A program made the position numbers and the translations under genes. A stretch of 64,000 bases of DNA, taken from the NCBI GenBank assembly GCA_030141605.1, contig JAQGDQ010000032.1, forward strand, positions 724,065 to 788,064, written 5' to 3'. The notes beneath the pieces were generated by a model. The model had not been told where the DNA came from. It ran no database searches and saw nothing but the letters and a program-made list of their open reading frames with translations. Source of the stretch: Tubiluchus corallicola. Lineage: Eukaryota; Animalia; Priapulida. Every line of letters begins with the position of its first letter. The first letter of the stretch is position 1. This document shows positions 14,801 to 28,544 of this stretch, in pieces.

Positions 14801-17800
14801 TTTTTAGTCAGCTTTCTCTTTCAAACTCCAGGCTGTCATTCACTGCTTACCAAGTTGACTTCGTGCCAGTTAGCCAACGAAAGCTAGTACAAGTAAAATA
14901 AAAACGCCATAAGCCTAACAATAATGATAATATTTGTGTTTTAACTACTTTTTCTTCTGGATATTAATAAACAAAAGCTGTAACTTTATTAAATACGTTT
15001 TAGCATTTAGAATTAGAAACAGGCGAAGTCAAAAGCTGTAGATTTGCTGCGCTCAACCTTGACTTCTTATATCAAATTTCGCCGTACAATTGTTCTGAAA
15101 TTTTTATGGCGAAAATTGTTTTTTATACTTTTGTTGCGTAGATGTTGCTTTTACAGAAATTCCTCAGTTAAACGTAAAATAAAAAAATCAACGCGCCTTA
15201 ACTCACATGTCTCTTCCATATTTCAAAATTATGTTATTTTGCTCCGTTTAAAAACAGTAAGTCATTACTATAATGATTACAGTGAGCAATGAACGTTAAT
15301 TAACTGCTATTTTAAATGACGTTGTCAAATTTATGAGGGCATTTTGCGCAAATGGCACTAGAAGAGAATATTTTCATCCAAGTTGATAATGTACAGCCAA
15401 AAAAACCCTTTGATTCAACAGTGCAGGTAATACATATGTACAAGCCTTTGTGAAACAGGTAAAAATCCCTTTGATGAGCGTCGACATGACAAACTCGGCC
15501 AGGGCACATCACTGTTATGTTCATTAAAATTGGTCAAAAGTCAACATGATCAAAATTACTACCCATCGTCTGCATCTATGCTTTTATTTACTGTGTAACA
15601 GCGCCATATTTTGATGCCATGTCGGACGTAGGCCTACTACTGTCCAAGCTTGATCTTTTTATTTTTTTTGTTTAAAATGCCTGGCAAGCCAAATATACAC
15701 TGCTTTACTTAACAATTTTTATTTTATTTTAATTTCTAAACATTAGCAAGTAAACTGTTTGAAATTATTTGAATATAATACTTCAACTTAAAGCACTTTT
15801 TAAGAAATGAAGCATTTTAGTTTTGCACATGTACAGTTGTCAAATTGATACAGGTAACCTAGTTAGGTTAATTGCATGATTTCTGTTTACTGGTTACTTT
15901 AAAAATGCCAAAAGTATAGGCGATTCCTACAGGTCATCGAGAAGGGAATTTCTTGATGTTTATGTAGTTGAGATTGGTTTTTTGGGCATATCGTAACGTG
16001 CGACATGCACGGCTACAAAGTCTGCCCACATTGCTTAGTTTTGGACTTTTCTTGGATGAGATTAGAGATTACTTGAGATGCTTTGACTTACATTATTATG
16101 AAACTTCCTCAAACGATCTGACTGTAGACGAAATGTTAATATGGACTACATGGTCTATGATAAACGGAACCTAATCTAGACTTTTGTTGGTTAGACTAGA
16201 AGTAAGTTGGTTGACTGAGTCAAGAAAACAAGACTGACGGGTAACGTGGACGTTATAGCTACCGTACCAGCGTCGAGGTGAAGAGGTGGCGAGCTGTGAG
16301 GTGAGCTATCAAACTTGATGGAATGAATGATATATGGAATGGTATTGAATGATAGAATATGGAACTGGCATGGTGTAGTTTTGTTTAACATATGGGGTGA
16401 CGAGACGGAAAGGAGATGCAGCGAATTATCAAGACTGGAGCTTTGACTTGGTAAATCATGAATCTGTAAGCCTTTAATGTAACGAACAGTTTAATTTGTT
16501 TTAAAGTATGTGAAACTTGTTGTAATAGTTTAAATTATTTTCTGTATCTGCTAATGTTAATCGTGACTTATTTTTGCAATTTGATTGTATATAATAATGT
16601 GTACTTTTAGTGTGTAATTTTGCTTGATGTAACTGAAGAATTTTCGAACCGTTAATTTTAATCGTAACTTATTCTCATTATTTTAATGCATGATATTGTA
16701 GCGTGCAATTTTAGTGTGTAATTCACTTATTTAAAATTGTCTCTTACTTTTACTAACTGCATGGACCATTATGGAAATATTGTTTACATGCAATTTTAAT
16801 GTATTCATGTAAAAACAAATTTCTATCTCCTAACTATTACACTTGTACAGTTTTGTTTAAATAATCTGTGTACACTTTTCATGCGTAAAATACTTATGAT
16901 TAATTTTAAATAAAGTATTTGAATTTAATGCCTAGACTATTTGGATTAACAGAGACTACTAACATTCACTAACATTTCTTAAGCATAATTATCACAACAG
17001 TAATGGTGGTACACATTAGGGACATAACACAGAACCAATAACAGTGCTTGCGGAAAATCTGTGTTTCGGCTTAACACGTCTTCATTTCGATAACAAATAA
17101 AAGTCAATTTTGTGAGGTGCGCTTACGAGCCTAATCAAGTAAACAGGTTCACGATTCTGACAAAAACAATCACAGAAATAAGTGCGCAGTTACAGTGGTA
17201 GTCACAAAAGTGTGAAAACGATCTAGCTCCTCTAAGCTCAAATCGCCATAGAATTGTTTAGAATTTCCTGCTAATACAAAAGAAGTCCCACAAGTCCTTC
17301 GTTTAACAAATGTAGGTCAAAATATGAGCTACATTATCCGCGCAAAACGTTTGTCTTACGACGCTCGTAAAGACCGTTTAGAAACAACTAAATTATGTGT
17401 CAACTGATTTGCATATACAATTACAAGGCATGGAATTGTTAAACCTGACCGGGAATGCTTACTACATTTCTAAGATCTACAGTGACAACTATGCAAATGA
17501 ATAGTCCACGTAAATGGTAAATGAACATATTTAATAGACATATTGAGATTGGACATATTGAGATTGGGATTTTTATAATGGATAAACAGACATCTGTTTG
17601 CCTTGGATACCGAAGCTAAAATTTGAATTTGAAATAAATTTGAAAGTGAGCATTTTAACCATGTGCTAATGCGCACAATTTTTTTGGTAGGAAACCATTC
17701 TGGTACAAATCTATAAAAAATGCGAACATGGACGGTATACCGGATAGCGCGAAAGAAGGGCAATTAAACAACAAATTAATGGCTGACTATAACAACTGCA

Positions 17801-18137
17801 GCCAAAAAACAAGTTGCTACTAAATGAAAGCGGTTGCAGCTTCTTGCTAAACCTGTCGTTACGTAGTTCGTTCAGCCATACAGCCTAGCGGATCAATAGC
17901 TTACTTTGGAAATAAAATTAGGCATTAGGTACACATATTGACACAAATTCTCCAAAATTGAATAATAGCGCGTGGAGAAGCAAATTTAGGGTGTTGCTGA
18001 GACAGAAAAGGAAGCATAAAAAGACAAAAAATACAGCGACAGCGAAGTAATGTGGACACGAAGAGGTGACGAATAGACTACTTTTTAGCTTGTGTTACAT
18101 AGTGAGCGGTTCTACGAAATAGGTGCATAATTTCCGG

Positions 18138-18232
18138 GAGAGAGAGAGAGAGAGAAAGAGAGAGGGAGGGAGAGAGTGAAGTGGGACAGAGAGAGAGAGA
18201 GAGAGAGAGAAGAGGAAAGAGAGACAAAGAGA
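18138..18232 (+). repeat. GA-rich microsatellite
   Basis: Imperfect (GA)n. Confidence 0.9.
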
Positions 18233-19964
18233 AATTACTTTTGACTGTGAAATCAAACTGGGTGTTCTAAACTGATAGCAACATTTGGACTTACAGACGA
18301 GAGCAAACGTCACGTAAACGCCAACGAGCGCTTTTTCACGCGTCAAATTAAAACAAGGGCTATTAATAAACATTTTGCTGTTTAACAGAACAATCACTGA
18401 CAATTTGCGCCGGAAAACCATTAGCAATTTTCAACAGAGCTGATAAAAGCATCACGCTATTCTTTATTATGTGTCACGGTAATTTATTATTACGCAATTT
18501 TACTTGCACTGCAACTTCACCAGCGACGTTACAATGTCTCTCTAGCAAAAAAGACAAGGGGAAGTGAGTGAGCGCATATTTCATCCTTGTAGTCCTGCAA
18601 GAACTACGGTAAGCAATAACATTGTGGTAAGAAATTGTTCAGAAATGCATATTACATCGTTAAAACTTAGTTTACGGCCTTGGTTTGTTGCGAAACTAAT
18701 TTTTTAATTCTTTTGTTTTATACAGTTGTGTTTTATGTGTCGCGCTACTGGTCAGCGAGCCACGTGGCAGAGAATGCTAAACAGATACGTGTGTACGCAA
18801 AAAACAGCAGTACCTAGCAGTCTACGGCAGTTCAGATGAATACCACGTACAGGTTCCAATTTTTATTGCCAATCTGCCTCAAGCTTCGATAACTGAGGTG
18901 CACAAGCTCTGACAGTTCCAATTTATCTTTTATCCTATTTATTATTCTATCTTGGCTTCAGACCTTCAGCCTCTCTCCGAAATTTGTAAATGTGAATATT
19001 GGTTAACAGGATATTGTCGTGGCCTTGCTGAACATTGAACGCAGATTTGGATCTATTGCAACATAAACCCGGCTATTGAAAAGCGATTTCGTAGCTATTC
19101 TAAATTCAAACTGGTGCTCCATGTTTGTTTGCACAACTGCTCTAGTATTATGTGGGATTAGAATATTGATAAATGCTTGGCTGCTAGACTCAGAAAGTTC
19201 TAATACAGAAACAGAAATCCAAATTGACAACGTGATGTGAAACGGGTACGGCAATTAAACAAGCAGACGCTTATGTGAAACACGTTTACGAATTAACAGA
19301 TTCTTCTTTAGCCATCAAGTCATCTAATTATAGTTTACGGGACTTTTCCAACGAATTCAGCGAATGATACTTCATTTAACGATACTGATGAAAATTCATT
19401 TTATCTGTTTTTCTACCGTAACTGGCGCATAATGGTTAAAGACAGAAGGTTATACTGTTTTTCACACTAGGTTGATTTTAACTATAAAAATAATTAATTA
19501 TAATAAATTTTCATGTTAACTATGCATGGAGGTAAAACCCTTTTACTCCACTTTTGGGCTTTTATCTAAGATCTCTTACTTACAAAGACATTGCAAAATA
19601 ATAAGGCATCCCACGCTTAGTAATTTTATGAGCTTATAAATAGCAGCAACAAACGATTTTTGCGTTTTGCCAGACTTGCATGTGCACTGCATCTCATTTT
19701 CCTTGGTTGGAGCCTGTTTTCCTTTTCAATAAAGTGGTATTGCGACGATTTGCAGATTGTGATTGTTCAATCATTCAGAAATGCCATCATAATCAATTTC
19801 TAATGTCAATTTGCACGAATACTTAACGACAGAAAACCGATGCAAATTTCAGTTTTCAAAGCTTCAGCAAAGCTTGGTAATGAATGGGGTATCAGTAAAA
19901 AAGATTCCCCGTGGACTTCGCTTGCAGGAAGTCGGCTTTTTAAGATGATCAATAAAAATTTAGC

Positions 19965-22347
19965 TTCCTTTAGTTATAGGCCACTAACGTCAGCAACGCG
20001 GCATAACAGTTAACGCAAGTTTTTATTAGACGCACGTGGTTTTGCAGAGTTACTGAATAATAAGTTAGCAGAATTCATACTTTCCGTTTACCTTGTTTTA
20101 TGATTTGACAGTTAGGGTAGCCCGAAATTTCCCGGACGTGCCAGGGAATTAGGCTTGTTTTCAGAGAGCCAAATGTGTCATAAAATTGTCAGGGAAAATC
20201 AGCGTTTTGCAATCGATTCCATAATTTCGAAACTTACAATCAGTTTTACATGTTAAGAAGTTGTATCTGCAAAATTTAGAAATGTGTGCATTTTATACAT
20301 GTAGCGCTATATGTTAACTAATGCCTTTAAAATTACACCTATATGGATTTTTCTAAAAGCCCCTGTTTGTTCTAAAAAACAATAACACTGCCTGGCATTG
20401 TTTATTTGGCATTGTGATTTCTTTACAATATCAGTTCAAAATGTTCACACTGCTCAACAGCTACTTTTCTAGAAAAAATGATTTTAGAAAACGTTTATTT
20501 TTACATTTTGTGAATCATGAACTCTAGAAAAGTTAGCAGCAAGCCACACGGCTATCCTACTAAGCTACCAGATAATCAGTCTGGAGATCATCAAATTCAA
20601 GATGGAGGCCCTGTCAGAGAAGGATCCAGGACACAGATTTGTTGCGTAGCAGAAGAGATTATAGCACAAAGTGTATTCGCTGTATATGTTTTTGAAGCGA
20701 TGAGAGATCACTTGATAAAGAAAGACATCTTCTTTCACCACCTCAAAGTTGTATGATGTGGTAGGACTAATGGAAACACTGGAAAAACAGAATTAGACAT
20801 ACGTTTACTATAAGCAGGCCAGTCCAAATTACTACCGATACACCTTTAAACTTAGCTAATCTGTCATGTTAAGGAGGCACATGAGTCAGGACAAGTGTTA
20901 TTAATTTGAACACGATTCTGTTTCGATGAGTTTGTCTTGACAGCATATGGTGGACTCCAGTGCGGGTCAGAAGACTGGGAACTTGCATGGTTTAAGTAAC
21001 TTGCTTGGGAGAAGGCTTTGTTTTACTATTTTCGGGCACTTTATCCAGCTCGTGTGAAATCTTTTGCAACTCGGTCATAATCCTTTTAATAGTGGCTTTA
21101 AGTGTTAGCAAATACACCTTGTGCTATAATCTCTTCTGCTACGCAACAAATCTGAGTCCTGGATCATTCTCTGACTAGGCCTCCATCTTGAGTTGATGAT
21201 GCTGTAGAACATTTCCAACTGTTGGCAACTGATTATCTGGTAGCTTAGTAGGATAGCCGTGTGGCTTGCTGCTAACTTTTCTAGAGTTCATGATTCACAA
21301 AATGTAAAAATAAAGGGTTTTTAAAATAATTTTTTCTAGAAAAATAGCTGTTGAGCAGTGTGAACATTTTGAACTGATATTGTAAAGAAATCACAATGCC
21401 AAGCAGTGTTATTGTTTTTTAGAACAAATAAGGGCTTTTAGAAAAATCCATACAGGTGTAATTTTAAAGGCATTAGTTAACATATAGCGCTATATGTATA
21501 AAATGCACACATTTCTAAATTTTGCAGATACAACTTCTTAACATGTAAAACTGTCACAGTTCTATGTGCGAAAACTACTAATCATTGCAAACTACTGGTG
21601 AAAATTGCTGGGTCAGTGGAGTGGATATAATAGTTTTTAAAGTTTGTCATATTACTACACAAAGAGCATAATTCCGAAATCTTAAGATGAGTGAAGGCAC
21701 GTGTTTCCAAAGCTTAATCTAACAGAAAATTTACCCATGTTAGTATCTCATCAAATCTCCAAAAAGTTGTAAAAAAATTGGATAAAAAGTTATTTTCAAA
21801 ACACCCTAATGTATAATCAAAATCATTTTGAATTACCGAGATAGGTTTAACCAGATTTTGCGAAACTTTTTGTACACTTGCTACTAGCAGCTGGAATAAG
21901 TATGCTAAACTTGCGTATTGCAGAATAAGACAAATAAGCTAAACATTGAACGAAATTTATGAACAAACAGAAAAAGCTAAAAAATTATATCTAAAAATCA
22001 TGATTTGTGCTGGAAAGTTTACTGCGTGAATATTTAATTAAATTTAGCTCTACTTACCTGCATTTGAATTGATTGTAAGTTTCGAAATTATGGAATCGAT
22101 TGCAAAACGCTGATTTTCCCATACAATTTTATGACACATTTGGCTCTCTGAAAACAAGCCTAATTCCCTGGCACGTCCGGGAAATTTCGGGCTACCCTAA
22201 CTGTCAAATCATAAAACAAGGTAAACGGAAAGTATGAATTCTGCTAACTTATTATTCAGTAACTCTGCAAAACCACATGCGTCTAATAAAAACTTGTGTT
22301 AACTATTATGTCGCGTTGCTGACGTTAGTGGCCTATAACTAAAGGAA
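19965..22347. repeat. Large inverted duplication (arms ~720 bp)
   Basis: 19965-20242 is the reverse complement of 22070-22347, and 20241-20681 of 21107-21553, with few mismatches; spacer 20682-21106; extra ~516 bp (21554-22069) only in the right arm. Confidence 0.95.
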
Positions 22348-22679
22348 TGTGTGGAAATTATATGTGGTATTAAACTTCCAACTTAACAAGTTTCATCACT
22401 AAATTGCAATACAATATAGCCACTCTTATGTAGTAACATCAAAATATAAAAGTGGAGTCTCAATACAGAAAACTTTAATACCCGGGGTAATTGTTCAGGT
22501 TTTCCATCACTCTTGGACTACAATAATTTAATATTAAAATTTTATATGACGCTGGCTCCCTGCCCCGCGTTGCCCATCCAGGACAACCTTGCCTCCATCC
22601 TCTCCCCAGTCCACTCTCCTCCTCGAACTGGCAAACCCGAGGGTGTTAGGGTAAATCACTTTCACAAGGTGGTCGCCTG

Positions 22680-23540
22680 TTTTATTATTTTATTTTATTT
22701 TAGTCACACCCAATAGTAAAATATGAAAAAAGAATACACGCAAAGCATCTTGGCAAAATGCATGCAAATACAATACTTACAAGAGTGTGGTAGAGACACA
22801 AAGAGACGGGCTACTAACATGAGTCGATTATGTATAGAAGAAATGTATGTAAGGTAATTTTATTTAAGAGGCTTTTAAATAGTTTAATATTTTGTGTAAT
22901 CACTACGGGTGCACCATCAACACATGTAGGCAAGTGGTTCCAAACCGGTACAACTCGATTTGAGAAAAAAAGACCAAATGATATGATACACAAAAAGCTT
23001 CACAGAATGATTTTATCTTCTTCTAGTGTAAGATTTGTAAAAAATTTGTCAAAATCAGCATCAACTTATCTCTTCTCTGCAAATAAATTGGTAGCATAAA
23101 GCCAAATAATTTTGAATACGCCTCTCTTCTAAAGATTTGAGATTTAGAAACTCCAGACGATTAGGCTATGGCATATACATGAAATTGCTCCTAAAAAAGA
23201 GGCGACGAGCAAAGCATCGTTGGACATTTTCAATACAATCAATATTACCGAGTAAAGCTGAATTCCAGATTGGCGAGCAATACTCTACAACTGGTCTTAC
23301 GTAAACGCTTTTAACAATACTTCCTTATCATCAGGAGAAAACATTTTAAACAATACATTCTTTAGCTTTAGTTGTTACTTCAAAACATTTGTCCACCTTT
23401 GGACAGGAGAAGTTATAATTCTAAGATCTCATACACTTGTTTCAACGGGTAAACGAGAGCCAGAAAAGTGGCATTCACGGCACGGATTTGCATTTCCAAT
23501 ATATATACATATATATATATATATATGTATATATGTATAT

Positions 23541-23574
<34 letters not shown>

Positions 23575-24330
23575 TGATTGATTGATAGATATCGGTTAAT
23601 TTCGGAAGGACTGTAACTAATTGCCACTCATTAGCCCATAAGTTAACTGTATCCAGAACTGATTGAAGATCACTATTTTGACTTGACCAAAAGCTTTGGA
23701 CGAGTTTTACATCATTTGCAAATAACTTTACTGTTACAGCATCAACGGCATTAGGCAAATCATTAATGCACACAAAACACAAAGGCACAAGTGATACAAG
23801 AACACTTCCCTGAGGTATATCAGATGCTACACTTACATATTAGAAACATTATTACCAATAGCCACACGTTGTTTTGGACTGTTCAAAAAAGATTCAACCA
23901 TGTCAAGATGTCCTGCAATGCCGTTCGCATGTAATTTCAGGAGTAGTTTAGGCTGGAAACCCGTATCAAACGTTTTTTAGTTCCTATTTATCTATCTACC
24001 TACCTACCTATATATGCATACATGTATATAGCGTCTATTACATTGCCACTGTCCATAGCTAAACCAAAGTCATATAAACATTCCAGTAATTGAGTTGTAG
24101 CAGATTGTTTTGATAAAAAGCCGCGTTGCTCTTCTGACAATATACCTTTATTTTTTAAAAAGTGTAGCATACACATATCCATTAATTTACAGCTTATACA
24201 CGTTAGTGATACGGGTCTGCAATTATTCAGGCATCTACTATCTTGCTACTTGTAAATAGGTATAACGTCAATGAGTTTCCAAACATCAGGTATTGCGCTA
24301 TCTATAAACGACTTTTGAAAAATGTATGAC
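22680..24330 (-). mobile_element. 5'-truncated CR1/L2-type LINE (RT pseudogene)
   Basis: Minus-strand peptides IPDVWKL..VIPIYK, RPVSLTCI, QRGFLSKQSATTQLLECLYD, IPQGSVL, INDLPNAV..KLFANDVKL, DLQSVLD..WANEWQL; frameshifts and microsatellite interruptions; A-rich tail at ~22681-22700. Confidence 0.9.
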
Positions 24331-26010
24331 GATTATTTAATTGGCAGTTTCTAACATAATTAATACTGAAATATACGTGTGCTTTGTAAATTTCACGTTT
24401 ATAACCAAAAGCAACAAAAAGAGACAGTCTGTATTTTCTTTTCAGGCTAACTTACCCCACTTACCCTAGTATTAATAGCATGGGAAACAAGCTCAGAGCT
24501 GTACTCATTCAAATGTACTTTGAGCCTCTTCCGAATAATAATCATTTATTTAATGCACAACATAAATAAGGATTAAAAAGAAAAATTAAGTAGACCTAAT
24601 CTTTCGTGTCTCATAAAAGTAGAAGGCCTTAAAGAGAAATTTAGATTAGGCGAAATCATCAGCAAGATAGTTTGTGACAATCTATGTGCATTACTATAAC
24701 AATGCACAGCAGACTGCAAATAGTTATTATTTTCCTGTACCAAAACGTGGAATTAACTGTTACGCTATAGGTTAGATAATTGGAGCAAGAAAGTAAATGC
24801 ATAATCACAATTATTTCTACTAATTGTGCTTTATAAATAGTAGAACATCGTCAACTCGGACAGGACATCCTCGAGGGAATTTATTGCGGCGTTATGTTGG
24901 CTGACGGCACTATTAACCACTTGATTAACTACGACGTTAGGGGAGGAATAATTTTGTTGTGACGAACAGTTGTGCGTGCTAAGTCAAAATCGAAGCAAAG
25001 CCAGAGTTTAAATTGAGGTTACTTAATCGAAAAAGCTTTAAATGATACAAAGGTCTTCGAAAACACCAGACTTTCTCTTGAAGGCAAAGCCAAGATTCTA
25101 TCTACTTGAACCTGCATTTTTATGCAATACTGAATTATACCAGAGGCAAACGTCTATGTTTTAGGAAAACAGACATGGAACACTGTAAAAGGTTGTGGGT
25201 TTACAACCAAGGTGCATAACCATGGCAACTAGCTACTTGAAATCTGTGATAGGCCATTAAACATAATCTTAACCTTGAAGGAGTCCATCCGTACAGAAAA
25301 ATTATGCTTAGAGTTGCATTCTGCATTGTAAAATACCCTTTTCCTATAATTTTTAGATTTGTGCAGTTAATATGAGCGTGCTTTATTTTTGCGCCCAAAA
25401 AATTCTCATTGGGTTCTCCCCTGGGCAACTGGACCCGTCCATACAAAGAATTAGTAACAGATCTGCATCAAGGTAACCCTTTTCACAAGTATGCATAGTC
25501 AGTAATGAGGCATGTCCTGGTCCGAACCTATAAAGGCCCTAAAGCATGTAAGGGATTTTCCAGAAACGACACCCTCCTAAAAATATTTCGACGTTTTTTG
25601 TCCAGAGCAGTTTGGTGAATAAGTTGGCCTGATTTTTTGGAATTTGCTCTTGTATAGTTGATTGATGTTTCAGAAAATGGCGCTTTTTCCGATTAGGCAT
25701 GTTTAATGGCTTCCTACAGATTTCCAGCAGCTATTGCCAAGATTGTGCAGCTAGGTTGTGGTCCATGTATACATATAATATTACACGGCCATGCCTCTTT
25801 TTCGGTATTCTATGTTTGTTGGACCCACTTTGTCCTCCTGAATATTACAGTATTGCGTACTAAAATAAAAGTTAAACAATAAAAAGATATTGGCGCTTTT
25901 CAAGCATAGGCAGATGCAAGTGACAAGAAAGTTGCCGCAAAAAAGTGAGATGTGCTGTGTCTTAGAACGTATAGAAAACATCAACTGACGTAACTAAAAT
26001 GCTGTTGCTG

Positions 26011-26452
26011 TTGTTGGCATCCTTTTGTCTTGGAAGACAATGGAGTGTGCGCCAAGAGAGTCAGTTATTGATCATATTGATGGAGCTGCAGCGTCGACTG
26101 TGGCTGAGCAATACGATCCTTGAACCACTGGAGTGGCATCTCCAGGGCGCACGCGAGCTGCCGGAGTCAGTGAGCATGCTGCACTGGTCCGTCTTCGGGG
26201 CTCCACTCCTGATTTGGAAGGTTTACTCCTCTACACATGGCCGTTGGGTCACTTGACCTCCTCCGCCCTCTAGCCGTTGGCTGCTTGTGCAGCTCCTCCG
26301 CCTAGTGTCGAGATACAGTGTGGGCATCCCGCAAGCCTACAGCACCTGGTATTCCTAGGCGGTCACCCATCCAAGTACTAACCAGACTCTACGTTGCTTA
26401 ACTTCGGTGATCAGACGAGAACCGGTGTTTTCAACGTGACATGACATTAGAT
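26011..26452 (-). mobile_element. 5S rRNA-derived SINE (SINE3) with RTE-like 3' tail
   Basis: 5S head 26452-26333, GC-rich body, tail ...ccattgtcttccaagacaaaaggatgccaacaa; flanked by 22-bp direct repeats cgtaactaaaat(g/a)ctgttgctg at 25989-26010 and 26453-26474. Confidence 0.85.
26333..26452 (-). rRNA. 5S rRNA-like sequence (SINE head, probably not a functional rRNA gene)
   Basis: 120 nt: atctaatgtcatgtcacgttgaaaacaccggttctcgtctgatcaccgaagttaagcaacg...agtacttggatgggtgaccgcctaggaataccaggtgctgtaggctt; 5' stem mismatched and no oligo-T terminator follows. Confidence 0.8.
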
Positions 26453-26849
26453 CGTAACTAAAATACTGTTGCTGAAAATCATCTGTGATGAGATAAAGCT
26501 GATACTAAGAACATAACAGGATTCTACCCAGTATGGAGGATTTGCAGTTTTCCTCCAAGATTATTATAAATATATATTATGTTATTACACAACAAAAATC
26601 CCACAACAGAGCCACAACATCAGATCAATACTGTACAATTACAAAAACAAGTTGTATAGGAATTTCCGTACAGAAAAAGCATGATAAAGTAATAATATTG
26701 TTGCCTGAGCGTAATTGCAACGTGTTTTATTAGCCATAATAAAAAGTAATGTAATGATAATTTGATGTTTCTTTTTCTCAGTTTTTGATTTCAGAAAAGT
26801 TCACATATTGTAGTTTAGAGATTTTAAAAGCGGCGTCTGCGATAATTAT

Positions 26850-27010
26850 ACAACAACAACCATGACAACGATAACAATGACCAACAACAACAACAAAAGT
26901 TGCAGTAGCAATAATATGACAATGACGGCGACGACAATAATATGCGACAACACAATAACAATAACGATGACAGTTTTGATGATGATAATGATGATGATGA
27001 TGATGATGAT
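26850..27010 (+). repeat. Degenerate trinucleotide repeats (AAC/GAC/GAT)
   Basis: Direct triplet runs ending in (GAT)n. Confidence 0.85.
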
Positions 27011-28544
27011 TTCAGTTATATTATATTATGTTACATTATAAATAGTACATAAATGTTTTCAAATACATGCGTCAGTATAACGTCTATAAGTCATCAATAG
27101 CACTTACGATAAAATTCATCTTTTTGGTTTCCAAGTTACAATATGCAGTCACCAGAGTGCGCTAATGTTGAATTTCATTAACACGAAGATACACTGTAAC
27201 AACCAGAGTGACACCGAATTTTCCATTAAAATCAGCACTATGCAGCTTGTTCTTGTCTAAGCGTCTGCATGTACACCAGCATCGCGAATTCACGCAGCAG
27301 CAGCAGCAGATGTCCAGGACATGAGCGGGTTGACACTAGCAAATTGATTTTACTTTACCTTCAGATTAGACTGTATTAAACCGTTTCAAGGAGGAATCCT
27401 AGAGAGCACACTGGCTTCGCGGCCACGGTAATTGCCGCTTTGATACGGGCTATCAGTAGCGAGGTGAATCCTGATTGCTATTGGACAGCCGGAGGCACGT
27501 CAGGGAGAATGGGCAGCAGAATCATTTCGAGCGAATAATCACGGGAAATTAGCTTGCAGAGCTCGAGTATGCTTATCAGCAGCCCTGGGCAGGTGCTCAA
27601 TACATTCTAATTGGGCGCTGAAGCACTAGTTAAGGCAAATTATTAGCTGAGTTACTGAGAAACGCAGCGCCAACTTGTGTTTGTAGAAATGACACTGGCT
27701 GGTAATCCTGCAAAAGCTTCAAACTCTCTATCGGACGGACAGACAGACGGACGAGGGCGCTGGCGGGCGCGCGTTTTAATTTGTTCAAGGTGAAAAATTG
27801 TGACAGATTTTAAGGTTGAGGAGAAACAGGGGGCTCGTCTGCACCCTGCAAATGTTCTTTTTAGGCCCCCTCGAGTTTGTCACTGCGGTGTGCATGTCAC
27901 GTTGTCACGTTTCACTATGAGTGCGGAGGAAGGCAAAGGAGTAACTTCAGAATTAGCGTAATTATGGATGTTTTTAACGTCTCCTATCCTGCGGCTCTAA
28001 AATTTGATGTCACATTTCTCCTAAAGCATGTATACTAGCAAAACTTTTTTCACATTCTACAAAAAGTTAGTAATGAGTTTTTATTGTCACATTTTATTGA
28101 AAAGGCATAAAGACTTGTATATCACTGCGGGTGAGATGGTGAGTTAATGGCTAAAGATGATGTTGGTCACATTTTAGAACGTCTCCACCAAGAGGAGCTG
28201 CGACGAGTTGATTAGAGGTTCCATTATGGGCGATCCTCGCTTAGAAAACTGCTGACGCAATGCCATTGTTCTGACGTCATCCTTTGTACTCGGTCTATAA
28301 TTTTGCTTCAGTAAAAGCTGCTGCTGGCTGTTATAATGTTAGTCTATTGCGATCAAAAAGAGCACTTTGCAAACGCTATGTAGAATGTTCCTACATTATT
28401 GCTCATTGGTGGATGGGTCTAATAGCATTTATCATAACATGCAATTTCAACTTTATGCAAAATGTTTTGCGTGGTTTCGCTAAGCTTCTGTGTTGTTGAT
28501 GTTGATGTAATAGGTGTCGTCATCTTTGTTGCCATCATTACTAT

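Noticed and set aside
26333-26452. Functional 5S rRNA gene
   Set aside because: Solitary, 5' stem mutated, no oligo-T terminator, embedded in a TSD-flanked element.
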